Translations under genes and position numbers: made by a program
Notes under the pieces: generated by a model
Databases searched by the model: none
The model's input: only the letters and a program-made list of their open reading frames with translations
Told to the model about the DNA's origin: nothing
Source: Tubiluchus corallicola
Lineage: Eukaryota; Animalia; Priapulida
NCBI GenBank assembly: GCA_030141605.1
Contig: JAQGDQ010000079.1
Location: forward strand, 372,001-436,000
Length of the DNA: 64,000 bases
Direction of reading: 5' to 3'
Shown: piece by piece, positions 13,001 to 22,864 of the stretch
Layout: each line of letters begins with the position of its first letter
Numbering within the stretch: position 1 is the first letter of the stretch

Positions 13001-14084
13001 GGCGTGACTTAGCGCTCATTGCCAATCTGTGTTTTTTATGTAATGCGGGTTTAATTCTAGGCCGTCGGACAAACTTTGAACTGCGGGGAAGTCTCTTCTC
13101 GGCCATGCTTTCATGGTGTCTCAATAGCCACATTTAATGCAGCATATATTATGCTTACAGACAGACATGTATTTGACGTATAATGTATTCAGACCTTGTC
13201 CGTTTTCTAACTATAAGTTCCAGTAAAAGATGTTTAATACAGTGACTATTTTATTTTATTTGCAAGTTGAATGATTTGCCGTTACTGCTTCTTTGTTACA
13301 GCTTTGTTGCCATAAATTTAGGTTTCTTGCAATTTCTGATTTATTCACGTAGTACCTGTAGCTTTTTCAGGGTGTTTTGCCTTGGTTGGGTTTTAGTAAG
13401 AAAGAAATCATCACAGAAATTGTCTAGTATAAAAATTTTAGCATCTTGGGTAGTCAATAATGTGAAAATTCAATGCAAGGTAGAAACAAAGTGACGCGTT
13501 TAGCTAGATGATAATTGCATCAGTTAGAAACACTTTCTACGCACGTTGCAGTAGAATCATGACGTTTGATACTATTATGCCAATATGTTTGTTGTAGACA
13601 TTGGACAGGCAGAACTCTAAAATAAAAGAAATACGCTCTCAAGACAGGTAAACACAGCAGTAAATCCAGCAAAATACTAGACAGTGCTATGCCAGTGGCT
13701 TGTCAGCACCACTTTCGACGTTCCGAGTATAGATATAGTGAAGATAAAGAAAAATAGTTAATAATGAAGAACGCCAAAACATAGATGGCACCACGAGCTA
13801 CTCTGCTGGCGACCTCGTGTATACACGTGTTTTGGTGCATAACGGTACCATTCTTGCTTGAAATCTGTTTTTAAGTGTTTTATTAAAATATTGGAATTTA
13901 AAAAAAGAAAAGATAGATTTTGGTGTGCGACGAAAATACAGTAATTGTAGTTTCTTGACGTGTTATTGTCCTTGACATAGGTAACTTGAACTGGTGAGCC
14001 AAGTATAGTTACTATTGGCAGTATTGAATCTGTTTTTCCCTGACGAAACTTTTTAGTAGGTGTTACTTTATTCAGTTTATTATA

Positions 14085-15012
14085 ATGATGTTAAACATAG
14101 GAAAAGTAAATTCACTTGATTATGAAGAGTTTACTGAGGTTTTTGGCAACGTGGTGGAGCATTGTCCGATGATAACAGCTGCAGTATGGTCTAAACGCCC
14201 ATTTCAAGACGTGAATGAATTTCATAGAGAAATTTGTATGTTCATTGACGCTCTGCCTAGCAGTGGTAAGTTAAAAAAATTTGCGTATATATATATATAT
14301 ATATACATACATACATACATATGTATACGTATATATATATATATATGTAAAACTAATCTTCCTTAAAGGCAATCTGTTTTGTTATTTTCTATTTTTACAG
14401 TAGGCTTACACTCATGCTTAGCCTTATGCTTTTATCAGTGGCATGGAGACAAAATATGCCTCCTGATTTGTGTCTTCTTTCTTCACAGTTTGTTAAATGA
14501 GATGTAACAAGAGGCACAATAGTTAACATAAAAAGCTGATAAAGTAATATTGCCTGATAACATTAAAATATAAATTTAGATTTCTCAGATTTGTAGTGGA
14601 AATATGCTGTAAAAATTGCTGTATAAACATCTCCATGAATCCAAGATTTCTGCATTATGCAGGTCACGAAGGTATTCTCAGATGTCATCCGGACCTAGCA
14701 GGTGGGTTAGCAGAGGCTGGAAAACTTACTACCGAGTCCAGCCAGGAGCAAGCCAGTGCAGAATTGAACACATTAACGGAGGATGAGCGACTTAGGTTAT
14801 CAACTGCAAACGCAAGTTACAAATCAAAGTTTAATTTTCCATTTGTGATATGTGCCAGACAAAATAAGAAAATTGCTATAATAGATGGTATAAAGCGGCG
14901 TGCAGAGAACACATTTGAGGAAGAATTGTTTAATGGCATAGAGGAAGTGAAAAAAATTTGCTATTTGAGACTTTTAAATATCGTGAAAATTGGCACAAAT
15001 GGAAAGCTCTAA
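14085..15012 (+). CDS. URAD: OHCU decarboxylase (ureidoimidazoline decarboxylase, urate degradation); exons 14085-14265, 14663-15012; 176 aa
   Basis: Motifs FGNVVEHCP..AAVW..RPF, GILRCHPDLAG, ESSQEQASA, Y..KF.FPFVICAR, EV.KI..LRL. Phase-1 intron G|GTAAG..GCAG|GT joins the two ORF-track fragments in frame. Probable 5'UTR intron 13981-14075. Confidence 0.95.
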
Positions 15013-15028
15013 GAATATGACATCATAA

Positions 15029-15448
15029 CTAGTGGCATAACTAGACCTTGTGGCACCCAAGGTGGCACTTAAGTTTGCCACCTCCCTCGTCGATGAAAAA
15101 TACAGTGCAGCAACATCCTTGTGATTTTAGATTTGTAAAATTTAGCAGTGTTGCAAGTAAGTATGCAAGTACTTTGACCAATGTTTAAATGTTTGACCAA
15201 TTAATGTTAAAATGTCACTAACGAAAATGCAAGCCTGCAACAATAGGCACGCAAATTATGTGTCACTATGCCTACAACGATTATCAATGTGCATATTATA
15301 CAACGATTTTTGCGTAATCGTACACACACTATAAATTTTGCAACACATTTCTACTGTTCCGACAGAATCAATTTTATTAGTGCACTTAGTCAAAGTGCTG
15401 CCCATTAGCTCAAAGTGCTGCCCATTAGCTGCTTTAGCTACGCCGCTG
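15029..15448. mobile_element. hAT-like MITE just 3' of the URAD stop codon
   Basis: Imperfect TIRs AGTGGCATAACTA / TAGCTACGCCGCTG. Degenerate 8-bp flanks CATCATAA / CATGATAT (6/8). Confidence 0.6.
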
Positions 15449-16197
15449 CATGATATGTGATCCAAAAGGTTATTGCATAATGTCATATATATGACACAAA
15501 CTACATTGTACATGATAAAATGAATTTCTGAGTTTTCTTTATAAATTTTATCCAACTGAAAACATCAATCTGTGGTGTTTTATATCAGTGGTGTTTCTTT
15601 GTTGGTGATATATTCTGGTCTTACATGGTTGGCAATTAATATAGAATCAAGTTATATATTTTTTGCATAGCATTTATAATTTTTATTTTTACTAAGATTT
15701 TTATATAAATTGTAAATAATAATTACCTAAAATCTGTTAATACATTAAAATATAGTAGCTACATATTGTGCACCATTATTGACTTCCTCTTGGTAAATTT
15801 TGGAATATATAAACTGCATTAAAATTCACTTTTAATAAATAATCATTTGCCCTTCGATGTTCGGACATACATGTTTTGCTTAATTTATACAAAAGATGAA
15901 ACATTTACATCTGTTACAGTGTGAAAAATTGATAAATAACTCTACTAAATCAAACAATAAATAATAAAATTTCACAAAATTGATTGAGTTGTAATATCAT
16001 ACATAAAATATAAATATACGTGTAAAAAAGAAGCATTACATATATGATAAATTTTAAAAATTTGTAATTGTACATTTGTTCTAATGTTGCCTACAATTTG
16101 TAATCATCTTTGCTTTATTTCAATAGTGCATTTTGTAATAGTTTGCTTTCCTACATTTCATTTTTCTAGTTGTTGCTCTTCATTATATTTTCTTTTT

Positions 16198-19100
16198 TTA
16201 CACTGCTGCTATGCACGGCACTGTCGGTTGACTATATTCCCTGAAAATAAAAGAACAACACTCGTTATATGGCCAACTATTAGTATTGACAATCGATTAC
16301 CGATGCTGTTCAAAATCGCCTGACAATGTTGTACAGCATTACTGTAATAACTTTTTTCAGCGCAACAGAATTAAAGCTTCTAAATGAATTAAAGTATTCA
16401 TTTTTACTTGGTTTGATACTTTATATGCTTACACCAGGCTTTGTTTTATGGATGTGTGTGTAATTTTGTTAAGGTATGGCAGCAAAATGATTCCACAGAA
16501 GTGACAAAGCTTTCAAGTTTCGTGCTTTTGCTCAAAATCAGTTTTCAAGTTGTAATCTATGGGACTTTCCATGACTTACCATAGTGCTTTGCAGTACTTT
16601 TTTATTTGTGCTTAACTTCCTAAAGCTGCATTCTTAGCTGCTGAAAGATTCCCTGATCTTGGTCACCTTTCTTAGCTCGATACTTCATTGTTTATAGAGT
16701 CATTTAATAGCCACATTAATAGCAAAGTGGGTGTGCACGTGTGACTGTATAGTGCAGATAAACTGATAAAAATACTCATTTTGACTTACTGTTGTGTTAT
16801 GCCATCCATTGTGCATTCCTTCATAATAGTAGGATAATGAATTTGATGAAGCTGCTCTTTCTCTTCATTATTTATCTCTGTGATGTACATCATTTTTTGG
16901 TTTGGTTCTAATGATTTTCCTAGTATCGACGGAATCATCATGATAATGCCACTTGCAGTGATAAAAACTCCAGCAAGATAAAATGATGTGGAATAAGTGA
17001 GATTTGTATCATAAAGCCAACCTGAAGGTAAATAAAATTATTAATACTCATAACACTGAAAAAGCTCACCAAGCCATATATATTGGGCCTAAGTAAAAAA
17101 AAGTAAAGCCACATTGCAGCATATTACATTTGAACATGCCCTTACAGGAAAACCATTGAATATTTCTTTAATTTATAAATATCAAAAAACCCTGTACTAA
17201 TTAATATTTGAGATTTGTCAGATTTCGTCAAATAACAACGATTCGATATTTACAAAGTATTTAGATGTAACCATATTTGCTTCTGGGTTTTCCTACTTAA
17301 AACAAAAAGTTTTATGCAAGTCGAACATTAAAAGTGAGTTGACATTGTTGCTACTTTTTGTTTCTGAATCATGCGAGAGGTTGCACAGTTGTGAGTAATT
17401 ATTCCATTGTACTTGACTGACATGAAGGATGAGAAAATGATCCTGTGAAGATGTATGTACCACCAAAAATTTGAATTCTGGTGTCATATGTTCATATTTT
17501 AAAAAAATGTCCTAATGCAGTGGGCAATAGTCAGTGAGTCACTTCAGCATATTTTTATGTGCACTTTATTTCATTTACTTTTATGTCTAGCTGATAAGGA
17601 CAGTAAAGATAGGGCACAGTTAGAAAGATTTGTTGTTAACACTTGCCTGTGCAAATACTAGCACCTTACTTGCCCTAGTTGTATATCAGTACAGTGTACA
17701 CGTTTCTTTTCACTGTATGTAGTCGATTAAAACTTGCAATGTGACTCCAGGATTTCTGTAACACAAATTTGTCCACTGCCTAAGTGTCCACTACCCAAAT
17801 GTCATATAGTGTAAATGTCCACTGCCCAAATATGTACTGCCAACTGCCCTGCCTAAGGGTCTATTGCCCAAGTGAGCATTGCTTAAATGTATATTGACCA
17901 AGTGAATTTCCAATGAAATCAGCACGTGTGTGTTACAAGTGTTCTGAAGTATAAATCTGAATAGTAGCATCCTTAACAGTTCTTTCTGCTGATATTGCAC
18001 AAATGCGCATTCAAGTTACTGAACCAGTAACTACGTTCTAGCAGGATATACTAATCTCATTCAGTGAAAAAAAAGTTTGATCAATTAAAAATAATTCAAT
18101 TGTATTACTTTATCATAACTCTACATTTCAATGTATTGGGATCAAAGGTAAACTGGAGATTTTTGTATGCTACTTAACTATTGAGTGTAGCTAGTTATAA
18201 GCTCTTATGTTTACTTGCCTGAAAGAGGTGGTCCAGCTAGAGCTCCAATTGCCATGTACATGCACAAAAAGCCATAAGCATTATTGAGATGCTTATCTTT
18301 TACAAATTCCAGTAGTAACAATGGTGTAAGTGTCCCATAGGAAGCACTAAGAAACCCTAAGATCATGGCAAAACTTCCAATGTAACTATACGTCCTACTA
18401 AAAGTAACACAGAAACTAAACAAACCCAACAGTATTAGTGAAATTGAGTATAATCTTAGTGATGTCAGTTTTGGTTGGTTTGCCAGAAAGCCATACAACA
18501 ACCTGCCGATTAAGTTGGAGATTCCGACAAGGGACAAAAGTATGGCAGATTGATAGTTGGAGTACTTCAGTTCTATTGTGGCATAAGCAGGCAAGACTAG
18601 CATCTCTATGGTTAAGCCGCAGCATAGTAGTGTGTTGTTGATGCTCAGTTTTATGTAGTTCTCCACTTTGAACATGGACAAATGGAGAAGTTTTGTCTTT
18701 GGCAAAAGCTCTTTGGAAGATACCCGAATAGGATAGCATGCGGCAGCACATACACACAAGTTCATCATAAGGGCACCAAATATGAGTGTCGCTTGTCTCC
18801 AAGGATAGTAATGAAGGACATATTCCAGCAAAACAGGTATGATGAATAGTCCGACTCCACAACCAGAGGATGTCAATCCTACAGCAATAGTTCGTTTTCT
18901 TCTGAAGCGACGCAGAACTGGAAGCATGGCTGACAGCATCACCAGTCCATTCCCAGCTCCTACAAAATGAAGAATTTTCTGTTAATTTGCATCTAGCTTG
19001 CTTAAATAATTGGACAAAAGGGCCCAGTTGGCAAAGTCAGTTTTAACTAAAAGAATGTGGGATTGAATTCCCCTGGTGATTTTAGTGAGTTCCTTTCGGT

Positions 19101-22100
19101 TTAGTGAGTTTTGGTCACTGTTTTGGTTAATTCATCGAACAATATTTCTTTTGGTCAGACCAGCTGTTTACTTAATTATTTGTGAATTTTTTTTGTCACT
19201 TTGCTCTTGTTTAATGTCTGGTCTGAATAATGTGCCTAAATCAATAGTATGCTTGTAGTTTTTTCATTTTAAATGTGAAGGAACATGTAACTTAAAAGCT
19301 GCATATATAAGATTTAATAGTTATTTTATCTGCAATAGTTCCTACAAAGAACCTTTTAGGGTTTCATGTCCCCAGGTCTTGATTTTTTTAGTATTAAAAG
19401 CATGCCTCAGTCTTTTAGGCTGAACCATTGGATATTAAATAGTATGTCAAACAGAATGTATGCAATGATTTTATTGCACTTTCCAGTTTTGTTAAAAGAG
19501 TTCTCATCACTGATCCTTTATACATATTTGTCAACATCTTAATAACAAACAAGTAATACATTAAAAATATCTTAGAATTGAACCAACTTTTAAAATGATA
19601 AACCATTGTATATTCTATTCTTACCAAAAATTCCAAAACTGAAATATAAATGGTAGATATGTTGGGCAAAACTGCTAGCAATCAGACCGAGACCAGTGAT
19701 GATGCCACTGAGGAACAATACGGTTCGACATCCAATTGCATTAATAAAGATTCCTGATAAGCAAGCTGCAATAAAAAATGCAGTTTCTTAAATTGATGTT
19801 TTTTGCAAAACTATCAGTGCAAGCAAAGCAAATTCAACTAAGGCTTATTTGATAATTTGTATTTATGATGATGATGGTGATAATGATGTTGATCATGAGG
19901 ACGAAGACAATGATGATGATGATAATGACAATATGATAATGGTAGTAGTGTTCATTATTATCTAGGCTGATATTCGAGTCCTTAGCAGGCACGTTATGTC
20001 TATTATCGACAAAAAGATCACACTAACTGTAATCTGCAGTGATGTGGCATGGAAAAACAGTACAAAAAATGCACAATACAGCATTGACATTTTTTTATAT
20101 AGCAGTAACGCGTGAAATCGCATTGTCTTATTTGCCTGCCCGAAAAGCTTTGACAGGAGCATCTTCTGAAGAACTAAGAACTAGGGTCTGAATGCGACGT
20201 ATTTATGAAACGTGTATATAAAGGGTTGTCCACAACAGTCAGGTTGACCCTGCCACATGGCTAGCAGCATTGAAGTGCGTTTGAGCGCAGGGTTACGCTT
20301 ATTTTTGTTTTTTAAACACGTTTTGCGCTGCACGTTTAGAGTTCACCTTAAAATCTAGCGCAAAAGTTCTACAAATTGCGTGATGCTAACAAATCGCATA
20401 CATTCTCTAGCAGAAAAATCGAATCTTATCGAATTTAGAGAAATCTAGAGTCAGAAACTCCACCAACTGTTAGAGAGACCTGTAAATCTACATCTTATTT
20501 CACGTCTTAACTAATTAACTGTGCTGATGTATTATGTGATGCCCTGACTGTTGTATACTATAGTTACTACTGTATACCATTTTAGTCTACATGTGTAAGG
20601 TGTATATTTTAATGCCTAGAACTAATCATTATATCCGATTGTTTTCATATTTCGCTCAATACAATGTTGTTGCAATGACATACAGACTACAGTAGTACCA
20701 TGCAAACAGCTGATTGTGTGCAAAGCGCTGCATCTCGCTCAATACAATGTTCTTGCAATGACATACAGACTACACGGACTACAGTAGTATATCATGGAAA
20801 CAGCTGATTGTGTGCAAAGCGCTGCATCTCGCTCAATACAATGTTCTTGCAATGACATACAGACTACACGGACTACAGTAGTATATCATGGAAACAGCTG
20901 ATTGTGTGCAAAGCGCTGCATCTCGCTCAATACAATGTTCTTGCAATGACATACAGACTACACGGACTACAGTAGTATATCATGGAAACAGCTGATTGTG
21001 TGCAAAGCGCTGCATCTCGCTCAATACAATGTTCTTGCAATGACATACAGACTACACGGACTACAGTAGTATCATGCAAACAGCTGATTGTGTGCAAAGC
21101 GCTGCAGTTCGTTCACAGCTAGCGCATGCGTACATCGGTATTGTGAGCTCTGCTATAACTAGTGGGATATCGTTTGCGTCGAGGCCCTAGATAAATAATG
21201 GAAATGAATTTGCCACCAGTAACAACTGCTACAAATAAGGTCAATAAACTTAATTCAAAGCAGTAACCCATTTCAGTGGTATTAAAGGCGAAGACGTTAT
21301 CTTATTGACTGTATAACTTCTTTTTATTTGAGGCTATTCGGTATTACTGGCAAAACAGACCAAAATAAATCAGAAATGTAAGCAAAACACGTACAGTAGA
21401 GATAATACAACAAATAAAGCTGTCTGCAAAAAAATTATTAAATTACTTTTCTGTTTCGTTAATTAATCTGCTTTGCAGAACTAATTTTCTCTACTGAATT
21501 TCACACAATTTTCTATGAACTAGTATTTTATTGTTTTAGTCCGACTATGGTTTCGAAGATGATAGTAATGCCAAAAAGCCTCATTATATAAGGTCATGTC
21601 ATTGCCTTTGGTGTCAATAAACTTAGGTTGCATATTTAGTATTCATGCAGTTGAGGCGACGCATTCTGTTCGCCAAATCGATAGCCTTGTTTTATGATAG
21701 GGTTGTCAAAATACCCTTGCTGAAGTTAAAGTAAATAGGTGAATGCACAAAAACCTTGGCTATTAGCCTTGGACTAGAGATTCAAAACGGAAGTATATTA
21801 TTGTGAGCACTTAATAGTTATAACACTTACCTACGCTTATCCATAGGCGTACGAGCTAGGGAGCTGGGGTGTGGGGTGCTACCGCCCTCCGGCATTCTGA
21901 CAAACACTTTTTTCAGGCAATCACCAAATTTTTCAAGCACCGGCCAAGTGATGAAAAAATAAAATTATATTTTTCATAAAAAGAAACCTCGAAATTTCTC
22001 CATGCCGCCAAATGAAGTGCCCGAAATCCGAGCATTTTTTTATCATGGGGTAGGGTGAGGCAATTCCCGACGTGGGACTTTTTCGGGTTGGCACTATATT

Positions 22101-22461
22101 TTTCGGGCAAAAGTGGCTCAGCCTCTACTGGAAAAATCGACCCGTACGCCTATGAGTTTCTCTGAATCACATTGTAACGCATTAAACTTCAAAACGTTCT
22201 TGGCCCACTTGTGCTGACAATTCAGGGTTTAAAATCCAAACATGATAAGATACCGTGTGCAAAAAACTTACCTGATATGTACAGAGCCGCGTTGCTGACT
22301 GCACAAATCCAGGCAACAGCTTGGCTGCTATCGTCAAATTCCTCCAGAAATACCACATTGAAAATACCTATGGACCACTGAATGCCGTAGCTCAAACAGT
22401 AAGCCGTCATAGCAGCGAAACATACGACCCAAGCCCAGCCATTGTCTACACTGGCCGGCAT
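16198..22461 (-). CDS. Monocarboxylate transporter family (SLC16, MFS) protein; exons 22461-22272, 19765-19625, 18959-18219, 17021-16790, 16240-16198; about 448 aa
   Basis: N-terminal DNGWAWVV (SLC16 D.G.GW motif), GCR loop, F.RKR..A.GL..SG.G.G, GRLLYG, GPPLSG|WLYD, many hydrophobic helices. Exon phases 1,1,1,2 are all consistent. The last small exon is less certain than the rest. Confidence 0.9.
17768..17900. repeat. Degenerate 15-bp tandem array (AAATGTCCACTGCCC-like)
   Basis: Recurrent TGTCCACT(G/A)CC and ATTGCCCAAGTG units. Confidence 0.55.
19021..19073 (+). mobile_element. tRNA-derived SINE head relic
   Basis: GGCCCAGTTGG (A-box-like) and GGATTGAATTCCC (B-box-like) at tRNA-like spacing. 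Confidence 0.35.
20652..21106. repeat. Minisatellite, five copies of a 94-bp unit (first copy 83 bp)
   Basis: CGCTCAATACAATG at 20653, 20736, 20830, 20924 and 21018. Inner copies look identical. Confidence 0.92.
21842..22154. mobile_element. hAT-like MITE (313 bp) in intron 1 of the SLC16 gene
   Basis: Perfect 12-bp TIRs CATAGGCGTACG / CGTACGCCTATG with G-rich subterminal sequence. 8-bp flanks CGCTTATC / AGTTTCTC match at 5/8. Confidence 0.75.
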
Positions 22462-22864
22462 AACCTCTAGTTTTCTCCTTCTCTAGTACGAGCTGCTGCT
22501 TGTACACACAGCAAGAAGCAGTCCTTTCATCGATTTGCTAGAGATGGAAAACTCTAGAACGACCCGAACCAGCAGCCAGCAGATCCAGTTAAAACCGGTA
22601 CGTATTGCTAATAACGATTACGTGATGGCTGTCAGAGTTTTATGTTGACAAAGAGTCCAGGACGAGAAAAATATTCGAATTCTACTCGCTCCGCTTGAGT
22701 TTGTGTACATTTAATCCTACATCAAAATGCAGCATTGGTAGATGGCTAATGATGCAGAATGATAAGTTATTGCAAACTCGTGCCCGAACTCATCACGTGA
22801 CTTCCTTGTATAATAACGTCTTCACTTTAATCTGCTAAACGAAGTGAGCTGGACTAATTTTAGA
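22462..22864. promoter_or_regulatory. Probable bidirectional promoter between the SLC16 and PLCXD genes, with CLEAR-like E-box TCACGTGAC (22793-22801)
   Basis: Divergent ATGs about 400 bp apart. TCACGTGAC overlaps an ETS-like CTTCC. Confidence 0.55.

Noticed and set aside
18416-18862. 148-aa overlapping ORF, and antisense ORFs over the SLC16, PLCXD and sGC exons
   Set aside because: Alternative-frame shadows of real exons with no recognisable motifs.
20652-21106. CRISPR-like regular array
   Set aside because: Whole units repeat with no unique spacers, there are no cas genes, and the context is eukaryotic. The same applies to the 58-bp array at 5010-5760.
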